DNA of 64,000 nucleotides from an uncultured delta proteobacterium (GTDB lineage: Bacteria > Desulfobacterota > Binatia > HRBIN30 > BPIQ01): NCBI GenBank assembly GCA_963761335.1, contig CAVXGR010000016.1:192001-256000 (forward strand). Direction: 5' to 3'. Position 1 is the first letter of the stretch. The number at the start of each line of letters is the position of its first letter. Both the position numbers and the translations under genes were made by a program. The notes beneath the pieces were generated by a model. That model ran no database searches and was not told where the DNA came from. It was given only the letters and a program-made list of their open reading frames with translations. Below, piece after piece: positions 1-9,425 of the stretch.

Positions 1-1
1 C

Positions 2-442
2 TCGTCGAGCTTCACGGCGGTGCCCTGTTCGCAGGACTTCGCCAACAACCTCCCCTCCACTGTCTCTGTGTCCGTGGAGTCCTACGACGAACTCGAGGTG
101 TTGCGCTCGACGACCTTCAGTGTTCCGTGCTTCCTGAGCTCCAGCTTGGACGACATCGGGGGCGCCACCAACGCCTTCGGGTCGGACGGGGTGTTCGGTC
201 CGATCAAGCAGACGATCATGCGGCCACGCCCGGTTTGCAGCTCCGGCCCCTTCGCGGGCCAAGCCTGCAGCCCTGCTCCCGATCCCACGTCGATCTGTCC
301 CGCGGTGTGCGACGGTGAGGTTGGGTTGCTGGGTGTGGTAGAGACCTCGTACAGCGACGGCGTGACGACCTCGGAGGCAGCCTCCAACGTGCACGCCTTC
401 GGGGAACTTCCCGGCGCGACGATCACCTTCCTGGGTGAATAG
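2..442 (+). CDS. 3' part of a secreted Cys-rich hypothetical protein (5'-truncated by window edge), paralogue of the downstream gene
   Basis: Frame is open from base 2 (SSSFTAVPCSQD...) to TAG at 442. It aligns by eye with the C-terminus of 485..1816 (T.VPC...V....+E.E..S....V.CF...L.DI; GLLGV vs GILGV; AASNVH vs AAKNLH). Confidence 0.8.
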   Translation, partial: SSSFTAVPCSQDFANNLPSTVSVSVESYDELEVLRSTTFSVPCFLSSSLDDIGGATNAFGSDGVFGPIKQTIMRPRPVCSSGPFAGQACSPAPDPTSICPAVCDGEVGLLGVVETSYSDGVTTSEAASNVHAFGELPGATITFLGE

Positions 443-484
443 GAGGGATGCACCGTGAGGCCTCTGGATGAAAGGAGAAGGGTA

Positions 485-1816
485 ATGGGTACGACGAAGC
501 GGGTTCTCCTGGGAGCCTTGGCGATAGGCCTTCTGGGCACCGGTTCCGTGGCCATCGCCGGACCCAGCGCGACGAGCGCGTCGCAGGCTCTGGTCGGGTC
601 GGATCGCCCCGCGGGGATCGTGGTCTTCCCGAAGGTGATCGCCGATATCTCGCGCGGTCAGGATACGGTGATCGAGATCGCCAACACCTCGAGCGATCCC
701 GTGAGCCTTCACTGCTTCTACACCGAGGTCGCGCGCTGCGCGGTCACAGGGGATGCCTGCCGCTCGGATCTCGACTGCTTTCCGGGTGAGGGTTGCGTTC
801 CGGTCCTCGACGGGGGTAGCGGCCCGGTTCTCTGGAACACACAGGATTTCTCGATCACCTTGACCCCATGGCAGCCTCTGGCATGGCGGGTGAGCGAGGG
901 CTTGCCGCTCGGTCTGCCCTGCGATCCGGATCGGCCCTTCGGGGATCCGAACGATCCGGCGCAGTGCGCTGGTGGGCAGGTGAACAACGGGCTGATCGCG
1001 GCGCGCGAGCCCTTCTTGGGCGAGCTCAAGTGCGTCGAGGTCAGCGATCCCGACACCAGCACGCCGATCGCCGACAACTCGATTATCGGCAAGGCGACGA
1101 TTTTTGGAGTCGGGGGGATCGCTGCTCCCAATTCAACGGCGGCGTCCTACAATGCGATCGGCATTCAGGCAATCGAGAACGTGTGCCTCAGCGGGAGCCA
1201 GGTTGGGCAGAGCTGCGATCCGAACGCCAATACCTGCGCGGATGCGGCGGATTGCGGGACTCCCAATAACGGCGACGATACGCTCTGCCTGGGTACGAAC
1301 GCGACGGGCTGCGACGTTGCCGAGTACGCGTCATGTCCGAGCACCCTCATTCTCGATCACTTTTTCGAGGGAGCGATTGTCGAGGGATCGCAAGTCAGGA
1401 CGCAGCTGACGTTGGTTCCGTGTACCGAGATCGAAACGGCGCCGACGCAGACCCGCACCAACGTGCAGATTCTGGTGTTCAACGAGTTTGAGCAGCGGCT
1501 TTCGACGAACACCTCGGTGGAGTGCTTCACGGACACTCCGCTGTCGGACATCGACACGCGCCGGTCATTTCCGACTGATGACATGGTCTCCGTGTTCTCG
1601 GTGGGTGTCCAGGGAACGCTCAGCGGCCAGACCCGCCTGCGCCCGGTTTCAAGTAACCCGGACGTCGGCGGCAATGGCATTCTGGGTGTGGCCCTGCAAT
1701 ACCATTTCGGAGCCGGGCTCGGTGTCGCCGCGAAGAACCTGCATTTCGTCGGGGCCCAGCGCACAGGGGATGTGGTCAGTCTGGCAATTCAGACTGCTCC
1801 TCCCGTTGGACCGTGA
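485..1816 (+). CDS. Secreted Cys-rich hypothetical protein (possible surface protein)
   Basis: AGGAG SD before ATG 485; signal peptide MGTTKRVLLGALAIGLLGTGSVAIA; many Cys in short modules; followed by an intrinsic terminator. Confidence 0.85.
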   Translation: MGTTKRVLLGALAIGLLGTGSVAIAGPSATSASQALVGSDRPAGIVVFPKVIADISRGQDTVIEIANTSSDPVSLHCFYTEVARCAVTGDACRSDLDCFPGEGCVPVLDGGSGPVLWNTQDFSITLTPWQPLAWRVSEGLPLGLPCDPDRPFGDPNDPAQCAGGQVNNGLIAAREPFLGELKCVEVSDPDTSTPIADNSIIGKATIFGVGGIAAPNSTAASYNAIGIQAIENVCLSGSQVGQSCDPNANTCADAADCGTPNNGDDTLCLGTNATGCDVAEYASCPSTLILDHFFEGAIVEGSQVRTQLTLVPCTEIETAPTQTRTNVQILVFNEFEQRLSTNTSVECFTDTPLSDIDTRRSFPTDDMVSVFSVGVQGTLSGQTRLRPVSSNPDVGGNGILGVALQYHFGAGLGVAAKNLHFVGAQRTGDVVSLAIQTAPPVGP

Positions 1817-1841
1817 TCGGCTGACGAGTATCTGAAAGTAG

Positions 1842-1873
1842 AAGGCCGGGGTGAGAGCCCCGGCCTTTTTTTT
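1842..1873 (+). terminator. Rho-independent terminator
   Basis: AAGGCCGGGG-TGAGAG-CCCCGGCCTT 10-bp stem followed by a T run, 25 nt after the stop at 1816. Confidence 0.9.
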
Positions 1874-2014
1874 GCGTGTCTGTCCAATTTTGACGCATTG
1901 GTGGCGGCTATTTTGTGAGGCCCCATGCGTAATCGCCCTTTGTAGGACTGCCGAAGGATGGCATGTGACTTGCCTAACCGTTGGAGGGAGACTTCCCTTG
2001 GGGGCGGAGGGTGC

Positions 2015-2425
2015 ATGGAAAAGAAGAAGATTCTGGTCGTCGAGGACAACGTGGACAATCGCAGTATCCTTGTGTATCGCCTGCGGCGCATCGGGGATTT
2101 TGAAGTAGTCGAGGCAGCAAATGGGGCAGAGGCGGTGGCGATGGTCGGGGAGGAGCGGCCGCATCTGATCTTCATGGATCTCAAGATGCCCGTCATGGAT
2201 GGATGGGAAGCCACTCGCCGCATTCGCCTCGACCCGGTAGGGCAGTCAATTCCAATTATCGCCCTCACCGCGCAGGCGATGGCCGGCGACGAGCAGAAGG
2301 CCATCTCCGCGGGATGCGACGACTATCTGGCCAAGCCGATCGTGGATCCGTCCCTGGTGAAGGCAAAGGTCGAGCACTGGCTTGCCAGCGGGCGCTCCGC
2401 GTCCACTCGAGAAGAAGCTCCGTAA
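2015..2425 (+). CDS. Single-domain response regulator (CheY/DivK-like)
   Basis: KILVVEDN...LIFMDLKMPVMDG...IIALTA...DDYLAKP receiver motifs; GGAGG SD before ATG 2015. Confidence 0.92.
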   Translation: MEKKKILVVEDNVDNRSILVYRLRRIGDFEVVEAANGAEAVAMVGEERPHLIFMDLKMPVMDGWEATRRIRLDPVGQSIPIIALTAQAMAGDEQKAISAGCDDYLAKPIVDPSLVKAKVEHWLASGRSASTREEAP

Positions 2426-2500
2426 CGCCACTGATCTCTATTTTCAGCTGCGGCAAAAGAGCCTCTTCGGCGTGCCTGAGGCTGTGAGCCAGGGCGGGCC

Positions 2501-2529
2501 TTGTGCTGCGAGCCCCGCCGCTCTAAAAG
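2501..2529 (+). promoter_or_regulatory. Putative sigma70-type promoter TTGTGC-N17-TAAAAG
   Basis: CTTGTGCTG-N13-TCTAAAAG is repeated with identical spacing upstream of the paralogue (5230-5259). Confidence 0.65.
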
Positions 2530-2544
2530 AGGCCGCACGCCCCC

Positions 2545-5214
2545 GTGCCGTACCGCCGCCGTATCGCCATTTGGAGACTGTTGCTTGCCTGCTTTGCTGG
2601 GGCCTATGCGCTTCCTCAGGCGACCTCTGCGGCAACCTCTTCGACCTCCGGGGGGGTGCTGACGGAAGCACTGGAGTCGCTGTTCGGCGATGGTTCGTGC
2701 GTCTCCTGTGACCTCAACGGCGACGGCCTTCTGAGCGCCGCAGACGTGACGGCGGCCATGCTGTCGCTGGTGGTCCCAACGCCGACGCCGACGGCCACGG
2801 CGAGTGTGACACCGCCAGCTGCGACGCCGTCGCCCACAGCCGCAGTGCCGACGCGGACAGCCACGGCTACCTCCTTGGCGACGTTGACTCCGGGAGGCGC
2901 GACGGAGACGGCAACAGTGGGGTCACTGACAGCAACGGCAACGCGCGTGCCGCCGCCGACCGCAAGCAGCTCGGCTACACCGGCCATGGCAACGCCGAGC
3001 GGGACGCCGACGGCGACCGTTGACTCCTCCACGCCGAGAGAATCGCCCACGACCGAGGTGCGGACCCGCAGCCCGACGGCATCAGCGACGCCGTCGCGGT
3101 CGCCCACGATCGCCGAGCCCACGGAGACCGCGAGCGCAACTCCGTCATCGACTGCTTCGGTTCAACCGTCCCTTACCGAGGTTCCCAGCGCTGTGCCGAC
3201 GGCAACCGCGACAGCCGAGGAAAAAGGGTCGCCGACCATCAGGCCTACGGTGACCCCGGTCTTTTCCCTGTACACGGCAACTCCAGGAAGCGCTGCGACG
3301 CCGACCTATCCACCGCCGTCGGCAACCGCCACGGGGATTTCGGCGACGCCCACGTTCAGCCCCTCGCCGGGCTGGACGGCGAGCCCGCTTGCGACGTCCA
3401 CGCCGGTGCCGACCTTGACGGCCAGTCCGACGCAATCCAGCACCTCAACCGCATCCGCCACGCCGACAAGCAGCGCCAGTCCAACCCGGTCTCCCAGCTC
3501 GACCGTTTCGGCCAGCCCGACGGCGACGGCAACGCCTTCGGCGACGCTGCGCCCCGGCGATCCGACCTTCACGCGGACGCACACCCCCACGGTGACGCTG
3601 AGCCCGACGCGGAGCGCTACCCCAACCCGCAGCAGCACGCCCACTCGCTCGCCCAGCGAAACTCCCACGGAGACGCCGACGCGCACGCAGACGGCGACGC
3701 GCACACCGACGCGAACGCGTACGCCCACGAAGACAGCCAGCGCGACGCGCACGCAGACGCCGACATGGACCCCGACCAGCACGCCGACTGAGACGCCGAC
3801 GCCGACGCCGACGCGCAGCTTCACGCCGACGCGCACGCTGACGCCGACACACACGGTGACGCCGACGCGCACGGTGACGCCGACGCGCACGCTGACCGCA
3901 ACCGTCACGGCTACCGAGACGCCCTCTCCGAGGCCGAGCTCGACGCCGACGGCGACACCGAGCGCGACGGCTACCGCGAGCCGGACGACAACGCCGAGTC
4001 TTACGGTGACCGCGAGCGCCACGGAGACGGCGAGCGCATCGCCGAGCTCGACAGCCTCCCTGACTCCCAGCGTTACAGGGACGCCGACGCGTACGGCAAC
4101 GGGACAGCCGAGCGCCAGCCCCAGCGGGACGGCGAGCCGGTCGCCGACGCCGCTGTTCACGCCCACCGCCCCACCGACCGCCAGCGTGACGACGACGTCT
4201 CAGACGGTTACGCCGACCGTCTCATGGACGGCGACTCCGGTGCTGACTGCCAGCCCTGCGGCGACGCGCACGGCGTCGGCGAGCGCCACGGCTACCGGAC
4301 CGGCATCCACGCCGACGCTGGGGCCGTCGGCGACCGCAAGCGCCAGCGCCTCACCGACGAGCTCGAGTACCGCCTCGGCGACGCCGACGGCCACCTCCTC
4401 ACCGACGCGGACGCCGACGGCGACGAGCACCCGTACACCGACGCGCACCCTGACGTCGACGAATACGCCTTCGCCGTCACGGACGCCCACGTCGACGCCG
4501 ACGTCGACAGCGACCGTGACGCCAACGCGGACGGTGACCCCGACGCGCACGGCCACGCCCACTCGCACCCCCACCGCCACCCGCACGTTCACGCGCTCGG
4601 TCACCCCCACCGCGACGCCTTTGCCCGGAGGCCCGATCATCACGCACTTCGGGCTGGCGGAGACCTCCGAGATCGTGCAGATGCCGAACGGCACCGATGC
4701 CTTCGGCCGGCCCCTCTACTTCAGACCGCTGCCGCGCAATTTTCTCATCGTCGTCGAGGCCAAGCGCGGAGTGAACAACAAGGATCCGGGGAAGGGCGTG
4801 TTCAACAGCGACCTGATGGATCCGAGCGCCCTTCCCGACCTGCAGATCCAGTCGAACCGCCCACTTGGAAACGGCAGCCCGCTGGTGTGTGACAAGGGCG
4901 ACCCGTATCTCGGGGGGGTGCCGGCGATCAGCGCGGGCTGCGACGCGCAGTGCAGGGCGAACGCCTTGAACGATTTCGGCTGCCGCTTCATCGTTCACAG
5001 CAAGTCCGAGGATGCCTGCACGCTCGGTCCCGACGGCCCGCCGGAGCGCTTTGTCGCCAGCGCTACCACCGTGCAGTTCTGCTTCGAGCCGGCGGTGGGC
5101 AGCGAGGTCGGCTTTCCGGAGGGCGATACCGTCCTCACGGTGCGGGTCCGCGACGTCAGCGGCTCCCTGGGGGACCCGGCGGAAATCACGGTGCGTGTTC
5201 CACCGCAGCAGTGA
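2545..5214 (+). CDS. Secreted protein: dockerin-like Ca-binding loop, ~600-aa Thr/Pro/Ser mucin-like linker, ~200-aa Cys-containing C-terminal domain
   Basis: Signal-like N-terminus; [17 protein letters not shown] motif; TPTRTPT repeats; C-terminal domain nearly colinear with that of 5273..6982. Confidence 0.85.
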   Translation: MPYRRRIAIWRLLLACFAGAYALPQATSAATSSTSGGVLTEALESLFGDGSCVSCDLNGDGLLSAADVTAAMLSLVVPTPTPTATASVTPPAATPSPTAAVPTRTATATSLATLTPGGATETATVGSLTATATRVPPPTASSSATPAMATPSGTPTATVDSSTPRESPTTEVRTRSPTASATPSRSPTIAEPTETASATPSSTASVQPSLTEVPSAVPTATATAEEKGSPTIRPTVTPVFSLYTATPGSAATPTYPPPSATATGISATPTFSPSPGWTASPLATSTPVPTLTASPTQSSTSTASATPTSSASPTRSPSSTVSASPTATATPSATLRPGDPTFTRTHTPTVTLSPTRSATPTRSSTPTRSPSETPTETPTRTQTATRTPTRTRTPTKTASATRTQTPTWTPTSTPTETPTPTPTRSFTPTRTLTPTHTVTPTRTVTPTRTLTATVTATETPSPRPSSTPTATPSATATASRTTTPSLTVTASATETASASPSSTASLTPSVTGTPTRTATGQPSASPSGTASRSPTPLFTPTAPPTASVTTTSQTVTPTVSWTATPVLTASPAATRTASASATATGPASTPTLGPSATASASASPTSSSTASATPTATSSPTRTPTATSTRTPTRTLTSTNTPSPSRTPTSTPTSTATVTPTRTVTPTRTATPTRTPTATRTFTRSVTPTATPLPGGPIITHFGLAETSEIVQMPNGTDAFGRPLYFRPLPRNFLIVVEAKRGVNNKDPGKGVFNSDLMDPSALPDLQIQSNRPLGNGSPLVCDKGDPYLGGVPAISAGCDAQCRANALNDFGCRFIVHSKSEDACTLGPDGPPERFVASATTVQFCFEPAVGSEVGFPEGDTVLTVRVRDVSGSLGDPAEITVRVPPQQ

Positions 5215-5230
5215 GCGCGAAATTCGGCTC

Positions 5231-5259
5231 TTGTGCTGTGGTCGCAGAGGATCTAAAAG
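5231..5259 (+). promoter_or_regulatory. Putative sigma70-type promoter TTGTGC-N17-TAAAAG (copy 2)
   Basis: Same -35/-10 hexamers and spacing as 2501-2529; lies between the stop at 5214 and GTG 5273. Confidence 0.65.
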
Positions 5260-5272
5260 GTCCGCGCAGCTC

Positions 5273-6982
5273 GTGATCCATTCCAGAAAGGCAGGGGGCC
5301 GTCTCGTGGTCGCAGCGGCCGCCGGCCTGATCTGCGCGCTGCCTGCCATCGGCTTGGCCGTCTGCGCGCCGTCCCCAACCATTCTCTCGGCGGTGGTCGG
5401 GTCGATATTCGACGGCGCGGCGTGCAGCGACTGCGATCAGAACTGCGACGAGCGCATCAGCGCCGCCGACGTGATCGCCTTGTCGCGCCGAGCGACATTG
5501 CCGACGCCGACGCCGACACCAACTGGGGTGACGTCTCCGAGCTCCACCAGCACGCCGACGGGCAGTGGCCATACGCCCACGAGAACGAAGACGGCGGTGA
5601 TCGAGGCAACGCCGACCGCTTCGCACGGCGTGCCGGAAACGGCGACGCCGACGCGCACCTCGACGCGGACCTCGACTGTGCCTCCCGGAAGCCCGACAAT
5701 TCCCGTCACGCCGCCGCCGACGGCGACGGCCACGCGCTCGCCGACGCTCGGGGCCACGGCGTCCCCGACGGAGTCGCCATCACCCTCGGCGACGCCGACG
5801 CGAACCGTACCGCGGTCCCCGAGCCGAACGCCGACGAACACTCTGACGCCGACGCGGACGCGCATTTTCACCTTCACCCCGACGCCCACATTGACGCGCA
5901 CGGCGTCGCGAACGGCCACCTCGACGCGCACTCCGACGCCATCGCGGACGCCCACCTTGTCGAGCACGCCGACGCGGACGCGGACGGCCACCGCGACGCG
6001 GACACTCACGCGGACGGCCACCTCATCGCCTACGTGGTCGCCGACGCGGACGCGGACGGCGACCATCACCCCGAGCTCCACCCGCACCCTGTCACCGACT
6101 CGGACGCCGCTGCAGTCCTCCACTCCCACATCCTCCCGCACGCCGACAAACCCGCCCGGGCCGAGCTTCACGCCGACGCTGACGCCGACAGTTACCCAGA
6201 CCCCATCGCCCAGCGCCACTGGGCTTCCGAGTGCGACGCGCACAGCTACCTCGACGCTGACGCCGACGTCGACCCAGACGGCGGCGCCGACGCGGACATT
6301 CACCAGGACCGCAACCCCGACGCGCACGAGTACGGCGACGCGCACGGCGACGGTGACCCGCACGCCGACCCCGTCGCCGACGGCGACGGCGACCCCGCTA
6401 CCGGGAGGGCCGGTGGTGACCTACTTCGGCATCGCGGAGACCAGCGGGGTGGTCACCGCTCCGACGGGCACCGATGCCTTCAGCCGCCCGATCTATACGC
6501 GCGAGCAGCCGCGGAACTTCCTGATCGTGGTCGAGGCGAAGCGCGGGCCGAACAACCTGAACGTGGGCTCTAACGTGTTCAATTACATTGCCGGGGATGC
6601 CGATGCCCGCCCGGACCTGCAGATCCAGTCGGACCGCAACCTGGGGGATGGCAGCAGCGCGGTGTGCGACAGCCGGGAGCCGACCCTGGGAGGAGTCCCC
6701 GGCATCGGAGCGAGCTGCGATCCCGTCTGTGCGGCGGCGGCGCTCAACGACTTCGCCTGCCGATTCGTGGTGCACACGCGGACGGACGAAGCCTGCACGC
6801 TGAGCTCTGGCACCGGCCTGGAGAGCTACGTCTCTTCTCAGTCGGTGGTGCAGTTCTGCTTCGAGCCGTCCGTGGGTGCCGAGGTCGCTTTCCCGCCGGG
6901 CGATACGGTGCTCACGGTGCGCGTGCGCAATGTCAGCGGCGGTCTCGGCGACCCCCGTCAAATCGTCGTCCGAGTTCCCTGA
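5273..6982 (+). CDS. Paralogous secreted dockerin-like/Thr-Pro linker/C-terminal domain protein
   Basis: GTG 5273 chosen because it follows the duplicated promoter and opens a signal peptide; CSDCDQNCDERISAADV; shared motifs [49 protein letters not shown]. Confidence 0.85.
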   Translation: MIHSRKAGGRLVVAAAAGLICALPAIGLAVCAPSPTILSAVVGSIFDGAACSDCDQNCDERISAADVIALSRRATLPTPTPTPTGVTSPSSTSTPTGSGHTPTRTKTAVIEATPTASHGVPETATPTRTSTRTSTVPPGSPTIPVTPPPTATATRSPTLGATASPTESPSPSATPTRTVPRSPSRTPTNTLTPTRTRIFTFTPTPTLTRTASRTATSTRTPTPSRTPTLSSTPTRTRTATATRTLTRTATSSPTWSPTRTRTATITPSSTRTLSPTRTPLQSSTPTSSRTPTNPPGPSFTPTLTPTVTQTPSPSATGLPSATRTATSTLTPTSTQTAAPTRTFTRTATPTRTSTATRTATVTRTPTPSPTATATPLPGGPVVTYFGIAETSGVVTAPTGTDAFSRPIYTREQPRNFLIVVEAKRGPNNLNVGSNVFNYIAGDADARPDLQIQSDRNLGDGSSAVCDSREPTLGGVPGIGASCDPVCAAAALNDFACRFVVHTRTDEACTLSSGTGLESYVSSQSVVQFCFEPSVGAEVAFPPGDTVLTVRVRNVSGGLGDPRQIVVRVP

Positions 6983-7019
6983 GCTCGCGACAAGCCGCCC
7001 ACGGGCGCGCCGTCGGCGC

Positions 7020-7343
7020 TCAGCGCCCTGGGCTCGAGGGGGAGGCAGCGGTATGCAGCTGGCGGCGATCCTTCGCGGTGCTGGCCGACCAAGCTCTGAC
7101 GACGGAGTGAAGGATGCCGAGCACGAAGGCGGCGATCACGGCTCCGATCAGGCTTGAGAGCAAGTGGTAGTCGAACAACTTCGGTCCGATGTCGATGCCG
7201 ATCCACGGCTCGATGTAGATGCCGAGAGCCCCGGCACCCAAAGTCATGATCAGAGTGTCCTCGACTTTGAGCAGCCAGCAAGCGATCGAGCCGCAGAAGA
7301 TGGCCGTGAGGAACAGCTCTGTCAGCAGCCGGGATTCCGCCAC
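7020..7343 (-). CDS. Small membrane protein, possibly GlsB/YeaQ/YmgE-like
   Basis: Three hydrophobic segments with Gly pattern (LGAGALGI...SLIGAVIA); GGAGG SD upstream of GTG. Confidence 0.6.
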   Translation of the reverse strand: MAESRLLTELFLTAIFCGSIACWLLKVEDTLIMTLGAGALGIYIEPWIGIDIGPKLFDYHLLSSLIGAVIAAFVLGILHSVVRAWSASTAKDRRQLHTAASPSSPGR

Positions 7344-7533
7344 GCTTCATTCCCTCCAAGGGCCGTAGTGGCGAGCAGGATCGATGCCATGGAATTTGCT
7401 CCCCAGAAGTACCTGGGCACTGGCCAGATGGGCGTCTGCCGCGCAGGCCCGATGAAACTGTTCAAGATTCGGCAGCGAGTGGCAGCTTCATGACTGTGAG
7501 AATGTGCAATCGGGCAGGGTGGCCGGTGCTCGT

Positions 7534-7791
7534 TCAGTGGTTGATGGACACAGGTTCCCGGTTGCCGTTCTCGCCGCCGGCGTTGGCGGTTTCTGTGTCG
7601 TCCAGCTGGACGCCGTGTTTCCGCGCGAATTCGGAAATCGTCGATCTTGCCAGCTTACTCGGGCGAAAGCGGCCGTTCTCCCATCGGTTCACGGTGCCGA
7701 CGGTGATACCGAGAGCGTGTGCCAGCTCTTCCTGCGTCATGCCGAGCTTGCCTCTGAGGCGCCGGATGACGGAAGCCATTTGCTCATGCAT
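7534..7791 (-). CDS. XRE-family helix-turn-helix transcriptional regulator
   Basis: IRRLRGKLGMTQEELAHALGITVGTVNRWENG HTH_3 signature; AGGAGG SD. Confidence 0.9.
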   Translation of the reverse strand: MHEQMASVIRRLRGKLGMTQEELAHALGITVGTVNRWENGRFRPSKLARSTISEFARKHGVQLDDTETANAGGENGNREPVSINH

Positions 7792-7840
7792 TGTTCTAGA
7801 ATCCTCCTGAAGCCCAATACCTGGCTATCTCCCAGAGCAA

Positions 7841-7870
7841 GCGATATGCCACGTTATGAGAGCATATCGC
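7841..7870. promoter_or_regulatory. Perfect 9-bp inverted repeat, candidate operator
   Basis: GCGATATGC-N12-GCATATCGC in the AT-richer divergent region 50 bp upstream of the XRE gene. Confidence 0.5.
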
Positions 7871-7996
7871 CGGTCTTTCTCCGCAATGGCGTGGCTGGAA
7901 AGGGAATGCCGGAACGCGACACTGGATTCCACATCAGCAGACTTGTGACATAACAATGACGTTGACTTGAGCGCCCGGCTTGTCATTGTAGGGGCA

Positions 7997-8638
7997 ATGA
8001 TCAGGCGGCTGTCGCGGGGGCTGTTGTTCGCGGTCGTCCTGCTGAGTGCGGCTGGACCGGCCAAGGCCTGGCTCAGCCCTTCGAGGGCGCCGGCGATGGT
8101 GCCGATTCCCCTGCCTCAGCTGGTGATCGGCAGTGGCCCCGACGGGATCTACAGCTGGGAAGACGTGCTCCGCAGTGGCACCTTTCGGTTTGTCAAGAAC
8201 ATCCGCCGGTGGTCGGTGCGCATGGGGCACTACCTCCACCGCACGGCGGAGAGCTGGCTGGACTGGCTCGCCACCGCCCTACTGCTGCTGGTGGCAGGCG
8301 GCCTCACCTCGGCCATCGATCTCCGCCTGCTGCAAGTCTGGCGCCGGGAGGGCTGGTGGCACGCCTGCAGGTATGCGGTGATCGGCGGCGCCGTCTTCTT
8401 CCGTCTCCTGCGCACGCGCCGCGCTCCATCCCTGCCGCGGCTTGCCGTGGTGGCGGCGCTGATCTATGGCGTCGTGCCCGGCGACCTGATTTCCGACAAG
8501 GCGAGCATCCTTGGATGGGCCGACGACCTGCTGCTCGTCAGTCTCGCGGCGCGCTGGTACGTCAGCCGCTGCCCGGATCGCCTGGTCGAAGGGACTGCGG
8601 CCTACGTGCGGCACCGCGCCGAGGTTGCCTCGTCATAG
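7997..8638 (+). CDS. YkvA/DUF1232-domain membrane protein
   Basis: ALIYGVVPGDLISD...ILGWADDLLLV matches the YkvA Y..sP.DliPD.ip.lG.lDD pattern; N-terminal signal/TM segments. Start uncertain (TTG 7967 or ATG 7997). Confidence 0.75.
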   Translation: MIRRLSRGLLFAVVLLSAAGPAKAWLSPSRAPAMVPIPLPQLVIGSGPDGIYSWEDVLRSGTFRFVKNIRRWSVRMGHYLHRTAESWLDWLATALLLLVAGGLTSAIDLRLLQVWRREGWWHACRYAVIGGAVFFRLLRTRRAPSLPRLAVVAALIYGVVPGDLISDKASILGWADDLLLVSLAARWYVSRCPDRLVEGTAAYVRHRAEVASS

Positions 8639-8695
8639 GGGAGGGGCTCGCAGGAGCACTCACCTCTCCGAAGCCGCGCGTGTTGCCGCAGGCGA

Positions 8696-9139
8696 TCAGC
8701 CGGGGGCGTTCTTGGGCGGCGGACCGCTCTCGATTCGCTTCGGCAAGCTGGCGGCCTCGTCTCCCTGTGGTCGGACGCTGTCGTCGCTGAGGCTCACCAG
8801 CCACACCGCCAACCGCTTCTTCCCCTCCTCGGTCCACAGCAGCGTCACCTCGTACTCCGGGCCCTCGCGCTGTAGAGCGTCCCAGCTGAACTCGCCGACG
8901 AAGACGTCGTTTTCCTTCGCCTTCAGCGAATAGCCGCGGATCATGTCGTACAGGGTATCTTTGCCGGTGGGCTTGTAGTTCTTCACCAGGTCGATTGCGT
9001 CGGCCTTCTTGTCGGCCCAGCGCTCGCCGACGATCAACGGCGCGCCGACGTACCAGGCGAAGCCGATCGCGAATGCAGCCAGTGCTCCCCAGCCGATGAT
9101 CGGCCCCAAGATGCCTTCGTGTTCTTCTTCCTCACTCAT
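8696..9139 (-). CDS. Hypothetical single-pass membrane protein
   Basis: GAGGAGG SD before ATG 9139; one TM helix (ILGPIIGWGALAAFAIGFAWYVGAPLIV) then a soluble domain with typical codon usage. Confidence 0.8.
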   Translation of the reverse strand: MSEEEEHEGILGPIIGWGALAAFAIGFAWYVGAPLIVGERWADKKADAIDLVKNYKPTGKDTLYDMIRGYSLKAKENDVFVGEFSWDALQREGPEYEVTLLWTEEGKKRLAVWLVSLSDDSVRPQGDEAASLPKRIESGPPPKNAPG

Positions 9140-9425
9140 CGCTTCCCTCCTCGGAGTGGTCGTGCTCGCTCCTCGGCTCGATCGGGTGAACTGACGTATG
9201 CACGTCTGCCGGCAGGCACTTCGGGGGCTTCTAACCGAAAGCCCCCAATGAGGCAAATGCCGGTGCCGAAGTCGACGCTGCGAGGACAGAATTGAACGCG
9301 GGGGCTCGTCCGGGGCGGGGCGGCGCTCCGGCTGGCAGCTAGTTTCGAATGTCGAGGAGGAACGGCTGAGGTGCAGGTCAGTTGGCATGTGTGTTGCTCA
9401 GCGGGCAGGGACGCAAAGGCGTAGA

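Noticed and set aside
3560..4620. ACGCCGACGCGCACG-type repeats as a possible CRISPR or non-coding array
   Set aside because: Period is a multiple of 3, in frame within a CDS, with no unique spacers and no cas genes.
5012..5272. Long N-terminal extension of the second stalk protein overlapping the first
   Set aside because: The duplicated promoter at 5231-5259 and the signal peptide point to GTG 5273.
2616..6363. Val/Gly/Ala-rich minus-strand ORFs and Asp/Ala/His-rich alternate-frame ORFs (e.g. 3306-4166, 5437-6363, 5422-6573)
   Set aside because: Shadow frames of the ACG-CCG (Thr-Pro) linker codons; no independent start signals.
7534..7791. XRE gene as antitoxin or prophage repressor
   Set aside because: No adjacent toxin, integrase or phage genes.
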